Assembly: GCA_964514965.1 (NCBI GenBank)
Contig: CAZETV010000002.1
Span: forward strand, 37,547-101,546
DNA: 64,000 nucleotides
Reading direction: 5' to 3'
Source: Candidatus Hadarchaeota archaeon
GTDB lineage: Archaea; Hadarchaeota; Hadarchaeia; Hadarchaeales; Hadarchaeaceae
In this document: one piece after another, positions 1-11,528 of the stretch
Numbering within the stretch: position 1 is the stretch's first letter
How the letters are laid out: the number at the start of each line of letters is the position of its first letter
Program-made: the position numbers and the translations under genes
Notes under the pieces: model-generated
What the model saw: only the letters and a program-made list of their open reading frames with translations
What the model was told of the DNA's origin: nothing
The model's database searches: none

Positions 1-114
1 TTTTTTGCTGGGCGGAAATAGGGAACATCATAGTATTGAAAAGAAGAGAGATAGAGGAAAAAATAAGATGCTGAACCTTCATAGGCTTGCCCTCTGGCTC
101 CAGCGTCACCAATT

Positions 115-399
115 TTACTCCTGCTTTCTTGTGTCACCAATCCTCAACGAGGTATAGAAACCGTGCTCCCTCGAGACGCCGAAGTTCACCCACAGGCTTC
201 GTGTTTCGTCGATAGGCACTCGAATCGAGTCTGGGTATGGTTTGCCTTTTGGCCAGTTGATGTACCCGTTGGGGAGGACAAGCGAAACAGTGCCCCCCTT
301 CACAGGGATGTTGGCTGTGTACGGTTCCTTGCCTTCCCGCTTCGCAACGATTCTCAAGGTCGAAATCGTTCGAGTTTCATCTCGGATTTCCTCCATCAT
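115..399 (-). CDS. hypothetical small protein (94 aa)
   Basis: Intact ORF in a compositionally coding-like region. I recognise no motif in it. Confidence 0.3.
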   Translation of the reverse strand: MMEEIRDETRTISTLRIVAKREGKEPYTANIPVKGGTVSLVLPNGYINWPKGKPYPDSIRVPIDETRSLWVNFGVSREHGFYTSLRIGDTRKQE

Positions 400-611
400 C
401 TTCTCACCTCCAGCTCTTGATTGGTGAGGAAACGTGCATACACCTCGTTTTTGCGTGAACCGTTTCCCGCCAAAGCTTTGGATGGGAGTTCTTTATAAAT
501 GGGAAAACATAATTTCGGGAGTAAGAAGTGTTAGATATATTTTAGAATCAATTGGCTGTTTTTCCGTGTCTACTACATGAGCCCAAATCTAAAAAACGAG
601 CTGGGGGGTTC

Positions 612-869
612 CTAAAGTTTTATCTTGCATCTTCCGCAAACTCTGCGGATGTCAATGTAATCTTTCCATAGGCCCTGAGTCATGGCCCCCACATAATGAG
701 CACAAGTGATGCATATTGAGTCACCACAGAATTCGCATCTACCCCATTTTTTCCCAATATCTTCTATCAACAATTTCTTTCCACAACCAGAACAGACAAG
801 ACTCAAAACTGAATGAACATCAGAAAAGGCGATATCAGGTGCACAATTTAAGAATTCAGCCTTCATCAT
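612..869 (-). CDS. Cys-rich zinc-ribbon-like small protein
   Basis: 85 aa with several CxxC pairs (CSGCG, CEFCGDSICITC, CGRC), which suggests a Zn-ribbon. Confidence 0.35.
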   Translation of the reverse strand: MMKAEFLNCAPDIAFSDVHSVLSLVCSGCGKKLLIEDIGKKWGRCEFCGDSICITCAHYVGAMTQGLWKDYIDIRRVCGRCKIKL

Positions 870-959
870 CCCAGGTGTAAATAGTAAAAATGTTTATAAA
901 TAATTTACATAATTTATGTAGTAATAAGAACCAAAAAATATTGTAAGTAGGGGACCATT

Positions 960-1985
960 ATGGAACTAAGGAAGTTGCAACTTGTAGGCCGAGCAAGTTT
1001 TTCAGTCACATTACCTCCAAATTGGGTCAGAGAAGATAAACTAAAGCCGGGTAATCAAGTTACCCTTACTCAAGAAGATGACGGGTCATTAAGGCTCGTC
1101 CCAGGGATTGTACCTGAACGAAAAGAATTCAAGCTCACAATCGATTCCGACCATTGTGAGCAGCGTGGGTTGCTCCAAAGGCTTATCGTCGGAGGCTACA
1201 TCCGGGGCTGCGATTTAATCGAGGTGATATCTAAGAGTATGATCAGACAAGATCAAAAGGCCGAGATCCAAAAAACTGTCGACGGCCTTTTAGGCTTGGG
1301 GATAATGGAAGTGACCGCAAATCAAGTTGTAATCCACTCCCTGATAGACCACTCTAAATTCCCGATTAGGCCACTTTTAAAGAGGTTGTGTGGGCTAGCT
1401 TTCTCGATGCATAAAGATGCCATGCAGGCGCTAAGGGATAAAGATCTACCCTTGGCAACAGACGTAATACATCGGGAAAATGAGGTCGACAAGATATACT
1501 GGTTAGCAATAAGACAACTTGTGGCGGCAACTTATGACAAAAGCCTCCTTCAGAAGGTCGGCTTGGAGGGGGCGCCGGACCCATTTAGTCATCAAGCTGT
1601 AGCGGTTAGATTAGAGGAAATCGCGGATTGCGCCGAAGATATAGCACAGAGTCTGCTAGCTCTTGGGAAAAAGGAGGTAAATGACGTGGAACTACAAGTT
1701 ATAATCAAGCTCAGCGAACTAGCCTACAAAGCATGCCAAAACGCATGTGAGGCATTTTTCAAGGAAAAAATGGCGCTAGCCGATAGTGCGGCGAGGATTG
1801 TTGATAATTTTGAGGATAGAGTGGAGGAACTTGTCAAGGAAGTGCGCACGCGGGTTGATGATATTCATGTTGGAACTTGCCTGATGGCAATAATCAGGAA
1901 CTTATGTACGATAGCCGAATGTGGAAAGAAAATTGCGGAAGTAGCAATCAACAATTTTATTACCATAAGGGATGGGCCGTCATAG
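960..1985 (+). CDS. phosphate uptake regulator-like protein (N-terminal AbrB/SpoVT domain + PhoU repeats)
   Basis: N-terminus LQLVGRASFSVTLPPNWVRE..KLKPGNQV looks like an AbrB swapped-hairpin. The remainder has two helical PhoU-like repeats, an architecture typical of archaeal PhoU homologues. Confidence 0.7.
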   Translation: MELRKLQLVGRASFSVTLPPNWVREDKLKPGNQVTLTQEDDGSLRLVPGIVPERKEFKLTIDSDHCEQRGLLQRLIVGGYIRGCDLIEVISKSMIRQDQKAEIQKTVDGLLGLGIMEVTANQVVIHSLIDHSKFPIRPLLKRLCGLAFSMHKDAMQALRDKDLPLATDVIHRENEVDKIYWLAIRQLVAATYDKSLLQKVGLEGAPDPFSHQAVAVRLEEIADCAEDIAQSLLALGKKEVNDVELQVIIKLSELAYKACQNACEAFFKEKMALADSAARIVDNFEDRVEELVKEVRTRVDDIHVGTCLMAIIRNLCTIAECGKKIAEVAINNFITIRDGPS

Positions 1986-2053
1986 ACTAGCGAAAACGAG
2001 ATTTAAAGAATTAATAAAATAGTACACGAAACAAAGAGGGGTGAGTTATTGGT

Positions 2054-3571
2054 ATGGGTGTAAGCTTGAAGGTTTCTAACATCCAAGAGATTGAGAAATT
2101 TGTTAATGAGTCCGGCAGGCCCTGCTTATTTCCGATAGTTGCAACCATCAAAGGTTGCGCCAATCCCGCGAGGGCCTATTTTAACACTAGAAACAACTGC
2201 CTTTCCTACTTGCTTGAGTCAGCTGAAGGCACAGGCAAGCGGGCAAGGTACAGCTTCATTGGAACTGACCCGCTCCTTACACTGAAGGTAAAGAATAGGC
2301 AGTTGAAGCTTGCAGGAAATACGCAGCTAAAGGAGATGGCCAAGAGGAACATTAGGAAGAAAGGTCAAGACATGGACTCAATCGAAATTGTGAAAAGGGC
2401 TTTTTTGGTGGGCCAGTTATCGGTACCGATGATTAATTACCCACGATTTATCTGTGGACCTGTAGGTTACTTCGCTTACGATGCGATTAGGCGTCTCTTT
2501 GATATTGGGAAAAGGGCGAGCGATGACTCGCGACATCCCGATGCTGAGTTTATGCTCGCTAAAAATACAATCGTGTTTGACCATGTGGAGAAAAAGACGT
2601 TTGTTTGCTCCAACGCTTTAATCTCGGAAAATTCGGACCCGAAGGTGGTGTATGCAGACTCATTAAATGAGATTAAAAATAAATTGAAGCAGCTCAATGA
2701 AGCGAAACAACTTCCACGCTTGCAGACAGATGTAGATTTGAAGACGTATATGACATCAAACATGACTCGGGACGAATTCATAGCTGCCGTTAAGCAAGTC
2801 CAAGAGTATATCGATTCAAGCGATTTGTTGCAACTCGTGCTCTCAAGACGAATGGAAACTAAGTTAAAAGAGGATCCCTACTCGGTATACCTCACCCTCC
2901 AGAAGATAAATCCGTCGCCGTACATGTACTATTTAAACTTTGGACGGCGGAAGATAATCGGTTCCAGTCCCGAAACATTGGTCAAGGTCGAGAAAGGGGA
3001 GGTCATGACTAGACCAATAGGCGGGACTAGGCGTCGGGGACGAAGTTTTAAAGAGGACAGGAAAATCAGGCGAGAGTTATTAAAGGATAGAAAAGAACGC
3101 GAGGAGCACATGATGCTCGTACATCTGGGCCGTGAAGACATAAGCAAAGTCGCAAAAGTGGGTTCAGTGAAAGTCAAAAATTTAATGACAATAGATAAGT
3201 ACAGTTATGTTATGCACATAGTTTCTACCGTAGTCGGAGCGCTAAGGGATGACAAAGACGAGTTTGATGCGCTAAGAGCCAATTTCCCTGCTGGCACGGT
3301 GGTTGGTGACCCGAGATTCAGAGCGATGGAGATTATTGAAAAACTCGAGCCGACGCGTAGGGGGATATACGCTGGTGGAGTTGGCTATTTTGATTACAGG
3401 CACAATATGGACTTCGCAATCGCTATCCGGACTATTGTTGTCGAGAATGGTAAAGCATATGCACAGGTTGGAGCCGGGGTCGTATCTAGATCCGTGCCCG
3501 AGTTGGAATTCTACGAGACTGAAAACAAGGGACGGGCGCTCCTCAAAGCAATAAGTATCGCGAAGGCGTAA
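2054..3571 (+). CDS. trpE: anthranilate synthase component I
   Basis: 505 aa with chorismate-binding enzyme motifs (PYMYYLNF, GSSPETLVKV, TRPIGGTRRRG, YAGGVGYF). It is the first gene of the trp operon. Confidence 0.9.
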   Translation: MGVSLKVSNIQEIEKFVNESGRPCLFPIVATIKGCANPARAYFNTRNNCLSYLLESAEGTGKRARYSFIGTDPLLTLKVKNRQLKLAGNTQLKEMAKRNIRKKGQDMDSIEIVKRAFLVGQLSVPMINYPRFICGPVGYFAYDAIRRLFDIGKRASDDSRHPDAEFMLAKNTIVFDHVEKKTFVCSNALISENSDPKVVYADSLNEIKNKLKQLNEAKQLPRLQTDVDLKTYMTSNMTRDEFIAAVKQVQEYIDSSDLLQLVLSRRMETKLKEDPYSVYLTLQKINPSPYMYYLNFGRRKIIGSSPETLVKVEKGEVMTRPIGGTRRRGRSFKEDRKIRRELLKDRKEREEHMMLVHLGREDISKVAKVGSVKVKNLMTIDKYSYVMHIVSTVVGALRDDKDEFDALRANFPAGTVVGDPRFRAMEIIEKLEPTRRGIYAGGVGYFDYRHNMDFAIAIRTIVVENGKAYAQVGAGVVSRSVPELEFYETENKGRALLKAISIAKA

Positions 3572-3572
3572 A

Positions 3573-4640
3573 GTGGGCGATAAATTGGAGATCATGAAAC
3601 ACGCCATATCTAAAGTGGTAAGCGGAGAAGATTTGACCGAAGCTGAAGCAGAGACGACAATGAAGCGCATTATGTCAGGTGAAGCGACTCAGACACAGAT
3701 AAGCTCATTTCTAACTGCGCTTCGCATGAAGAGTGAAACGATTGAGGAGATTGCAGCGTTCGCTAGGGTTATGCGTGAGTTCGCGGCTCGGATAACCCCC
3801 AAGGTGGACGACATCTTGGTCGATACCTGCGGCACTGGTGGTGATAAAGTTAAAACATTCAACATAAGCACAGCTGCGATGTTTGCCGCTGCGGGAGCAG
3901 GAATTAAAATAGCCAAGCACGGCAACCGCTCGGTGACTAGCAAGGCCGGTAGTGCCGATGTTGTTGAAGCCATGGGGATACCGATAAACCTCCTGCCAGG
4001 CGAGGTACAACGTTGCATCGAGAAGATTGGAGTAGGTTTCATGTTTGCTCCACGATTTCATAGTGCTATGAAGTACGCGATAGGTCCACGCCGGGAGATG
4101 GGCATTCGAACTATTTTTAACCTTCTTGGCCCTCTGACAAACCCTGCGAACGCCCAGGGGCAGGTTGTTGGGGTTTATGATGGGATGCTGACCGAGAAGC
4201 TCGCTCAGGTACTCGCGCGCCTAGGCTGCAAGCGAGCAATGGTTGTTTACGGCTTAGACGGGATAGACGAGATATCTACCTTAGGGGAGACAAAAATTTC
4301 GGAGCTTGAAGACAGCAAAGTGAGTACGTATACAATATCGCCCGAAGAGTTCGGCCTCGCGCGAACTCGCTCTGAAGCCATTGCAGGGAAGGACTTGGCT
4401 GAAAATGCTCGAATGTTGCTTAAGGTACTGCGTGGCGAAAAAGGACCACGGAGAGACATCGTGTTGTTGAACGCAGCAGCCGCTATCGTTGTGGGGAGTA
4501 AGGCTAAAGATTTGCAAGAAGGAATTGCTATCGCTGCAGATGCCATCGATTCCGGTAGTGCTTACGAAAAACTCGTTCAACTCATCGAAGCGACGAACGG
4601 CAACTTGGACAAATTAAAAGCGTTGGAGGCTACGATTTGA
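3573..4640 (+). CDS. trpD: anthranilate phosphoribosyltransferase
   Basis: DTCGTGGDKVKTFNISTAAMFAAAGAGIKIAKHGNRSVTSKAGSADV is the classic TrpD glycine-rich / PRPP region. Confidence 0.9.
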   Translation: MGDKLEIMKHAISKVVSGEDLTEAEAETTMKRIMSGEATQTQISSFLTALRMKSETIEEIAAFARVMREFAARITPKVDDILVDTCGTGGDKVKTFNISTAAMFAAAGAGIKIAKHGNRSVTSKAGSADVVEAMGIPINLLPGEVQRCIEKIGVGFMFAPRFHSAMKYAIGPRREMGIRTIFNLLGPLTNPANAQGQVVGVYDGMLTEKLAQVLARLGCKRAMVVYGLDGIDEISTLGETKISELEDSKVSTYTISPEEFGLARTRSEAIAGKDLAENARMLLKVLRGEKGPRRDIVLLNAAAAIVVGSKAKDLQEGIAIAADAIDSGSAYEKLVQLIEATNGNLDKLKALEATI

Positions 4641-5407
4641 ACATTTTGACGAAAATTGTAGAAGACGCTCGAGTCCGCGTCAAGAAGCAGGCAAAAGCCA
4701 AGCCAATCTCGAAAATGAAAATCGATAGGTCGCCCAAGCGGAGTCTGCGCAAGGCTATCGAAAGCGCACCTAAAGTGCCTTTGATTGGGGAGATAAAACG
4801 AGCTTCACCTTCAATGGGCGATATCAACCTTGACCTTGATGTGTTTGAAGTTTCACGCGCGATGGTTCGGGGAGGAGTCATCGCTATTTCAGTGCTGACG
4901 GAGACAAAATATTTCAAAGGCGACTTAAGCTACCTACTAAAGGTACGTAAAGCTGTCGATGTGCCGGTTCTACGGAAAGATTTCATTGTTGACGAGTACC
5001 AGCTATATCAGTCGGTTGAGCTTGGCGCGGACGCAATCTTGTTGATAGCTGGGGTATTGGGGGAGGACCTCAAACGCTTCATTGATCTAGCGCGCGAGCT
5101 TGGGATGGAAAGTTTCGTTGAGGTTGATGAGGCGGAACAGGTGAAATTTGCGTCTGCCGCTGGCGCTGAACTGATGGGGATAAACAACCGTGACTTAAAA
5201 ACCATGCAAGTAGACATCACCCGCACGGCTAGACTTGCGCCTCTCGTGCCTGATAACGTGGTGCTTGTGAGCGAGAGCGGGATGCACATGCCGAACGATA
5301 TTAAATTTGTGCTCGATGCTGGCGCTGATGCTGTGCTCGTGGGAACTTCTTTAATGAAGTCGGGAAATATTGAACAACAAGCGCGATTGTTCGTGAATGC
5401 GAGGTAA
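4637..5407 (+). CDS. trpC: indole-3-glycerol-phosphate synthase
   Basis: IGEIKRASPSMGDI and the LRKDFIVDEYQ motifs. Its start overlaps the trpD stop (ATGA). Confidence 0.9.
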   Translation: MNILTKIVEDARVRVKKQAKAKPISKMKIDRSPKRSLRKAIESAPKVPLIGEIKRASPSMGDINLDLDVFEVSRAMVRGGVIAISVLTETKYFKGDLSYLLKVRKAVDVPVLRKDFIVDEYQLYQSVELGADAILLIAGVLGEDLKRFIDLARELGMESFVEVDEAEQVKFASAAGAELMGINNRDLKTMQVDITRTARLAPLVPDNVVLVSESGMHMPNDIKFVLDAGADAVLVGTSLMKSGNIEQQARLFVNAR

Positions 5408-5411
5408 ACTC

Positions 5412-6062
5412 ATGGTGAAGGTCAAAATATGTGGTTTCACAAATACCGAGGACTTAAGAATTGCCTGTACGCTGGGCGTGGATATGGTCGGAACAATTGT
5501 CGAAATACCCAAATCGCCCCGAAGAGTGACGGTTGAGAAGGCAAAACAAATCTTAGCTGCAGCACCAAAGGGTGTCGATAGAGTTGCAGTGACCATGCCG
5601 AAAAATCTAGATGAATTTGAGCGAATAGCGCGGGAGTTGAAGCCTGATTACCTTCAGTTCCATTTCACTTTTCCAGCAGACGAGCTCCTCAAACTCCGAA
5701 AACGTTTTGATATAAAATTTATCTCGGTTATCGCGATATCTCAAAAAGTCGAGGGCCATCAGGAGATTATGAGTCGGGCTATTGAGGCAGCTAAGATAGC
5801 CGATTTTTTGTTACTCGATACTAAGGGGCCGAGTGGAGGCGGTACCGGGCTCACTCACGATTGGAGCTTAAGCAGCCGAATTCGTGAGGTTGTAGGTAAA
5901 CCAACGTTTTTGGCAGGAGGACTTAACCCTTCCAATGTTAAAGAAGCGATTAGGTCAGTGCAGCCTTACGGAGTAGACGTTTCCACAGGAGTCGAGTCTA
6001 GTCCGGGCAAAAAAGATGCGAAACTTATGCACGAGTTTATCGTAGTTGCTAAAGAGGCATAA
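5412..6062 (+). CDS. trpF: phosphoribosylanthranilate isomerase
   Basis: [16 protein letters not shown]-terminus. An SD-like GAGGT sits 7 nt upstream of the ATG at 5412. The ORF track starts it at 5397, which would overlap trpC. Confidence 0.85.
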   Translation: MVKVKICGFTNTEDLRIACTLGVDMVGTIVEIPKSPRRVTVEKAKQILAAAPKGVDRVAVTMPKNLDEFERIARELKPDYLQFHFTFPADELLKLRKRFDIKFISVIAISQKVEGHQEIMSRAIEAAKIADFLLLDTKGPSGGGTGLTHDWSLSSRIREVVGKPTFLAGGLNPSNVKEAIRSVQPYGVDVSTGVESSPGKKDAKLMHEFIVVAKEA

Positions 6063-6063
6063 A

Positions 6064-7254
6064 ATGAAGTACATAAACAAGTTTCCGGTAAAAGGAAAAT
6101 TTGACGGCTTCGGCGGGCAGTTCGTACCCGAGACGTTGATGCCAGCGTTAGAAGAACTCGAAGCAGCTTACAAAAAATTGAAGGATGATTCAAAATTCAA
6201 ACGCGAACTTGATTATTACTTACGAGAGTATGCGGGGCGCCCGACACCGCTATACTTCGCGAAAAATTTGTCAACTCTGGTCGGGATGAGAGTTTATCTC
6301 AAGCGTGAAGACCTTGCCATGACCGGTGCGCACAAAATCAATAACACGCTAGGTCAAGCTCTCCTCGCAAAATACATCGGCAAAACCCGCGTAATCGCAG
6401 AAACTGGGGCGGGGCAGCACGGGGTCGCTACTGCTACAGCTGCTGCGATGCTCGGGCTAAAATGTGACGTCTATATGGGCACCTTTGACATGGAGCGCCA
6501 AAAGCTCAACGTATTTCGAATGAGGTTGCTTGGGGCAAGAGTAATCCCAGTCAAGAGTGGTTCGTGCACGCTGAAGGACGCCGTAAATGAGGCCCTCCGT
6601 GATTGGACGGCCAATGTCCAAACTACCCATTACCTGTTAGGCTCGGTGGTTGGACCCCACCCGTATCCGATGATTGTGCGAGATTTCCAGCGAGTTATTG
6701 GAAAGGAGGCTAGAGAACAAATCTTGAACGTCGAAAAACGCTTGCCCGATGCTATCGTTGCATGCGTGGGCGGCGGAAGCAACGCGATCGGGATATTCTA
6801 CGATTTTTTTGACGACCCAGTCGAATTTTATGGTATTGAAGCAGGAGGCAAGGGGCTTAAAACTGGCAAGCATGCAGCGTCGCTTTGTAGTGGGTCCGAA
6901 GGCATACTCCACGGATCCCATAGCTTAGTGATGCAGGATAGATTCGGGCAGATTTTACCAACTCACAGCATTTCCGCCGGGCTGGATTACCCGGGGGTTG
7001 GTCCTGAGCACGCGTTCATGAAACTTCAGGGGCGCGTCTATTACGACAGTGTTACAGACGCCGAGGCTATGGACGCGTTTAAATTGCTTTCTGAGACCGA
7101 AGGAATTCTGCCAGCACTTGAGTCGGCGCATGCAATCGCCTACTTGAAAAAGATGACTTCAAAGTTTAGGGGAAAAGTGGTTATAGTTAATTTATCGGGG
7201 CGCGGTGATAAGGATGTAGATACAGCCGCGAAAGAGATGGGGGTCAAATTTTGA
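6064..7254 (+). CDS. trpB: tryptophan synthase beta chain
   Basis: [16 protein letters not shown] and the PLP lysine region ([24 protein letters not shown]). An alternative start at 6046 is possible. Confidence 0.9.
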   Translation: MKYINKFPVKGKFDGFGGQFVPETLMPALEELEAAYKKLKDDSKFKRELDYYLREYAGRPTPLYFAKNLSTLVGMRVYLKREDLAMTGAHKINNTLGQALLAKYIGKTRVIAETGAGQHGVATATAAAMLGLKCDVYMGTFDMERQKLNVFRMRLLGARVIPVKSGSCTLKDAVNEALRDWTANVQTTHYLLGSVVGPHPYPMIVRDFQRVIGKEAREQILNVEKRLPDAIVACVGGGSNAIGIFYDFFDDPVEFYGIEAGGKGLKTGKHAASLCSGSEGILHGSHSLVMQDRFGQILPTHSISAGLDYPGVGPEHAFMKLQGRVYYDSVTDAEAMDAFKLLSETEGILPALESAHAIAYLKKMTSKFRGKVVIVNLSGRGDKDVDTAAKEMGVKF

Positions 7255-8057
7255 GCCGAATCAGTGCGAAGTTTGAGAAACTTAAGAGCAAAAGTGAAGG
7301 CGCGCTGATCGCATTTGTGACTGCAGGATATCCTAAGCCTGAGCTGACTCCACAAATAGTTCAGACGCTTGCTAGACACGCCGATATCATTGAACTTGGG
7401 ATCCCCTTTTCTGATCCAATCGCAGATGGCCCCACGATTCAAGGGGCGACCGACAGAGCATTGAAAGCTGGCACGACTCCCGAAACTGTGCGTGAGATAA
7501 TCAGTCAAATTCGTCGCACGAGCGAGGTTCCGCTGGTTGTGTTGACTTATTACAACATAGTGTTCAAATGGGGCGTCGATAAGTTTGTGCGGGATTTTAC
7601 AGCCGCGGGGATGGATGGGATTATAATTCCGGACTTACCTGCGGAGGAAGCGAGCGAAGTTCTGGAAGCGGCGAGAAAGTACGGAGCCGATTTGATCTTC
7701 TTGGTCACGCCCACTACAACTCCCGAGCGCCTTAAACACATTTGTGATTTATCGGATGGTTTTCTTTATGTTGTTTCTCTGCTTGGGGTGACTGGTGCCC
7801 GAGAACAACTTTCCGATTTAGTAAAACCATTGATAGCAGATGTTCGAAAAATCTCACGAGTGCCGATTGCTGTTGGATTTGGGATATCAAATCCTGAACA
7901 TGTTAAAGGAGTCATAATGGCCGGGGCAGATGGAGCAATAGTCGGTAGTGCATTCATTAACCTGATCACCAAAAATCTGAAAGACCCACAAAAAATATCA
8001 CTGGAACTCGACCAGTTTGGAAAAATCTTGAAAGCGGCCACACGTTTAGCTCATTGA
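7251..8057 (+). CDS. trpA: tryptophan synthase alpha chain
   Basis: [11 protein letters not shown]...[17 protein letters not shown] motifs. Its TTG start overlaps the trpB stop. Confidence 0.9.
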   Translation: MSRISAKFEKLKSKSEGALIAFVTAGYPKPELTPQIVQTLARHADIIELGIPFSDPIADGPTIQGATDRALKAGTTPETVREIISQIRRTSEVPLVVLTYYNIVFKWGVDKFVRDFTAAGMDGIIIPDLPAEEASEVLEAARKYGADLIFLVTPTTTPERLKHICDLSDGFLYVVSLLGVTGAREQLSDLVKPLIADVRKISRVPIAVGFGISNPEHVKGVIMAGADGAIVGSAFINLITKNLKDPQKISLELDQFGKILKAATRLAH

Positions 8058-8130
8058 CCTTGGTGAACCCTTGTTTTAAATCTGGAGAATATTTAAATCC
8101 GAAGAGTTGCAAATAGAACCTCTTGACAGC

Positions 8131-9663
8131 ATGAGGTACTTAAAATTGAATGCTAAGCCGCTCGACATGGAAACCGGGCGGAAAATCGTCGTGCTTCACG
8201 AACAGGATGCAGAAGAACTCGGACATCTTGCAGGCGACCGTGTGAAATTGACTAATCCAAAAGCCACATTGATCGCCATAGCCGATTCGACGAAAAGAAT
8301 GGTTCAGCGGGGAGAGATTGGGACTTTCATCGAAATCACTGAGGCCCTCAATCTCAAGCCCGGAGATGTTCTCTCTGTCACGCTTGCCCCCAATCCACAA
8401 TCGGTTGATTTCATTAGAAAAAAAATAGAAGGAGAGCAACTAGCAGCCGAGGAAGTCTACACAGTGGTTGATGATATAGTTGCGGGCAAGCTAAACTCGA
8501 TAGAGACGGCGGCATTCGTCGTTGCAGAGCACATCCGTGGGATGACAACAAATGAAATCGTTGCATTGACGCAGCGAATGATTAGCACTGGCGATAAACT
8601 AGAACTCGACATCACTCCAGTGTTTGATGTTCACAGTATAGGGGGCGTTCCAGGCAACAAGTATGCTTTGATCACCGTCCCGATTGTGGCCGCTGCAGGC
8701 TTGACGGTGCCTAAGACAAGTAGTCGGTCGATAACCAGCGCAGCAGGAACAGCTGATGTGATGAACGTTCTCGCTAACGTGACACTCGATTTAGATGAGA
8801 TAAAACGGATTATCGAACAGATCGGCGCGGTCTTGGTATGGGGCGGCGCGGTTAAGCTGGCCCCGGCAGACGATATTATAATCAATACAGAGCGGATGCT
8901 CGGGCTGGACCCCCGCTGCCAATTGCTCGCTAGCGTGATGTCAAAGAAACTGGCAGCAGGAGTCGACCACATATTAATTGACATTCCGACCGGAGCTGGC
9001 GCAAAGGTTAAAGACGTAAATCAAGCACGAAGCTTGGCACATGATTTTATTGAACTGGGGCGCCGGCTCGATGTCCAAGTTGAGGCAGCGGTAACTTATG
9101 GTGGCCAGCCCGTGGGCTACGCGGTCGGCCCCGCTCTCGAGGCTAAGGAGGCGCTTGAAACCTTACTCGGCAACGGACCAAGTAGCTTGGTAGAAAAAGC
9201 AACGAGTTTGGCAGGAATAATGCTCGAGCTCGGTAGAGCAGCTAGTCCCAGCATGGGGCAACAGATGGCGCTTGATATTTTGAAATCTGGCAAGGCGTAC
9301 AAAAAGATGTGTGAGATTATCGAGGCTCAGGGGGGCAATTCAAAGGTCAAGCCAGAGGAAATTCCGATTGGAGATAAGAAGGAGGTATTGCTCGCCCCTT
9401 CTACAGGATACGTGACACAAATCGATAATAAACGAATAAATGAAGTAGCCCGCGCTGCAGGCGCTCCGCGCAACAGGGGCGCCGGCTTGAGGGTTATCCT
9501 TAAGGAAGGGCGAAGAGTCAATAAGGATGAGCCACTTCTGGAAATTTACGCGGAGCACGAAACGAAGCTTGACGAGGCTTTAGCGATTGCTAAGCGGCGA
9601 CCGCCAATAAAAATAGAGGGTATGTTGTTGGAAAAAATGTCGCACCGCCCCCACATGGAATGA
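8131..9663 (+). CDS. AMP phosphorylase (type III thymidine-phosphorylase family)
   Basis: About 510 aa with an N-terminal extension plus HSIGGVPGNK, IPKTSSRSITSAAGTADV and WGGAVKLAPADD, as in archaeal AMPpase/DeoA. The start is ambiguous (8107 or 8131). Confidence 0.8.
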   Translation: MRYLKLNAKPLDMETGRKIVVLHEQDAEELGHLAGDRVKLTNPKATLIAIADSTKRMVQRGEIGTFIEITEALNLKPGDVLSVTLAPNPQSVDFIRKKIEGEQLAAEEVYTVVDDIVAGKLNSIETAAFVVAEHIRGMTTNEIVALTQRMISTGDKLELDITPVFDVHSIGGVPGNKYALITVPIVAAAGLTVPKTSSRSITSAAGTADVMNVLANVTLDLDEIKRIIEQIGAVLVWGGAVKLAPADDIIINTERMLGLDPRCQLLASVMSKKLAAGVDHILIDIPTGAGAKVKDVNQARSLAHDFIELGRRLDVQVEAAVTYGGQPVGYAVGPALEAKEALETLLGNGPSSLVEKATSLAGIMLELGRAASPSMGQQMALDILKSGKAYKKMCEIIEAQGGNSKVKPEEIPIGDKKEVLLAPSTGYVTQIDNKRINEVARAAGAPRNRGAGLRVILKEGRRVNKDEPLLEIYAEHETKLDEALAIAKRRPPIKIEGMLLEKMSHRPHME

Positions 9664-9739
9664 AATTACACTCTCAACCCGTACACGTTGTCGAAAAATA
9701 TGGGGCAGCGCTTGCAGTTTCATGTGCTTATGTTACCGT

Positions 9740-11380
9740 TTACTCCTCGCCCATCCCCATTTCTCCAGGAGAGGGCCCTCCCGGTGACGGCATCTCTTTC
9801 TTGGATGCAGATATCACATCGTCAATCCGGAGAATCATTATCGCAGCTTCACTTGCCGATTTTATCGCTTGGGTCTTTGTGCGTAGAGGTTCGATAACCC
9901 CCAGTTTCATCATATCCGTTACTTCACCTTTGTAGACTTCAATCCCGAAGGTTTTCCCCTTAGAGCCTTCATGCTTGGCGCGTAACTCCACAAGCATATC
10001 TATGCTATCCAGTCCTGCATTCTCTGCTAAGGTTCGTGGAATTGCTTCTACGGAACTTGCAAATCCATTGACAGCAAGTGCTTCGCGTCCACCAACAGTT
10101 TCCGCGTACTCTCTTAATCGCTTGGCTAATTCAATCTCGGGCGCTCCACCGCCAGTGACACTCTTGCCATCTTCGATTGCTGAAGCGACTACGCTGATTG
10201 CATCGTGTACAGCACGCTCAATCTCGTCGACTACGTGTTCGGTGCCACCGCGCACTAACAGACTTACAGCTTTCGGGTTCTTACAGCCCTCCACGAAGGT
10301 CATCTTGTCATCACCTATCTTCCGTTCCTCGATTAACCCAGCTTTGCCGAGGTCAGTGCTGGTTAGATCCTCGATGGTTGTGACGACTTTGCCTCCCGTG
10401 GCGCGGGCTAATTTCTCCATATCCGATTTTTTGGTCCGCCGGGTTGCGTAAATACCAACCTTCGAGAGGTAGTGCTGTGCAATGTCATCAATTCCTTTCT
10501 GGCATATAACGACGTTCGCGCCACTGGCAACGATTTGATCGACCATCTTTTTAAGCATGCTCTCTTCCTCATCCAAAAACGCGCGGAGCTGGTCAGGCCT
10601 ATTGACTCTGATTTCGGTATCGGTTTCGGTCTTTTTTACTTCAAGAGCACAGTCAAGCAAAGCGATATTGGCATTTTTCACCTGTTTTGGCATCCCCGGA
10701 TGGACGCGCTCCTTATCAAGAATAACCCCTTGGACAAGCTGAGAATCTTCAGTGCTCTCTCCGGGCTTCTTCTCAATACCGATGTAATCTATGTCAATTT
10801 TGTACCTTCCATCCGTTTTGTCCGCTATTTGCTTCACAGCGCTTACAGCGAGGCTGGCGAGTTTCTCTTTCGCGCTCTCCGCTTTCTTCCCGGTCATTGC
10901 GGTCATCGCCATCTGCTTGAGAAGCTCTTCCTTTTCAAAAGTCACCTCATCGGCGAGTTCATTCAATATCTCTTGGGATTTATCAGCGGCCATTCTATAT
11001 CCGGCGGCGATTACCGTTGGGTGGATGGCTTGGTCAAGCAAGCGCTCTGCTTCGCGCAAGAGTTCGCCAGCAATTATCACAGCGGTAGTTGTTCCATCCC
11101 CAACTTCATCGTCCTGCGTTTTCGCCACTTCGACTATCATTTTCGCTGCCGGATGTTCGACTTCCATCTCCTTAAGAATCGTAACACCGTCGTTTGTAAT
11201 AACAACATCACCTAAACTATCAACTAACATTTTATCCATTCCCCGTGGGCCAAGCGTCGTGCGGACCGCTTCAGTTATCACGCGAGCCGCCATAATGTTC
11301 ATGCGCTGGGCATCACGGCCAATCACCCTTCGTGCACCTTCAGGTAGCACGATGACAGGTTTACCTCCTAGTGTACTCAT
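9740..11380 (-). CDS. ths: thermosome subunit (group II chaperonin)
   Basis: 546 aa with [15 protein letters not shown], the ATP-binding motifs and a C-terminal GGM-like tail (GMGMGEE). Confidence 0.95.
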   Translation of the reverse strand: MSTLGGKPVIVLPEGARRVIGRDAQRMNIMAARVITEAVRTTLGPRGMDKMLVDSLGDVVITNDGVTILKEMEVEHPAAKMIVEVAKTQDDEVGDGTTTAVIIAGELLREAERLLDQAIHPTVIAAGYRMAADKSQEILNELADEVTFEKEELLKQMAMTAMTGKKAESAKEKLASLAVSAVKQIADKTDGRYKIDIDYIGIEKKPGESTEDSQLVQGVILDKERVHPGMPKQVKNANIALLDCALEVKKTETDTEIRVNRPDQLRAFLDEEESMLKKMVDQIVASGANVVICQKGIDDIAQHYLSKVGIYATRRTKKSDMEKLARATGGKVVTTIEDLTSTDLGKAGLIEERKIGDDKMTFVEGCKNPKAVSLLVRGGTEHVVDEIERAVHDAISVVASAIEDGKSVTGGGAPEIELAKRLREYAETVGGREALAVNGFASSVEAIPRTLAENAGLDSIDMLVELRAKHEGSKGKTFGIEVYKGEVTDMMKLGVIEPLRTKTQAIKSASEAAIMILRIDDVISASKKEMPSPGGPSPGEMGMGEE

Positions 11381-11470
11381 TCAATCACCTATTGAATCCT
11401 TGAGATTGCTTTTTACTTATAAATTTAACTCAGCTGTATCCTTATGTAACTTTGCTAGTCGGATACTTGT
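11381..11470. promoter_or_regulatory. divergent intergenic promoter region (TTTATAAG / TTATAAAT TATA-like boxes) between the thermosome and the prepilin peptidase
   Basis: An AT-rich TATA-like element lies about 35 nt upstream of the thermosome ATG on the minus strand. Confidence 0.4.
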
Positions 11471-11528
11471 AATTTGAGATTTGGCACCAAGTTATTATTC
11501 ACTAAACAAAAATGAGTAAGGTGATTGA

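Noticed and set aside
5397-5411. trpF start at 5397 as in the ORF track
   Set aside because: It would overlap trpC by 11 nt. The ATG at 5412 has a GAGGT SD at the right spacing and begins the conserved [10 protein letters not shown]-terminus.
9975-11477. Several long plus-strand ORFs (9975-10451, 10472-11215, 10791-11477)
   Set aside because: They lie entirely antisense to the well-supported thermosome gene, are low-complexity and rich in Ser/Ala/Leu, and carry no motifs. They are classic shadow ORFs.
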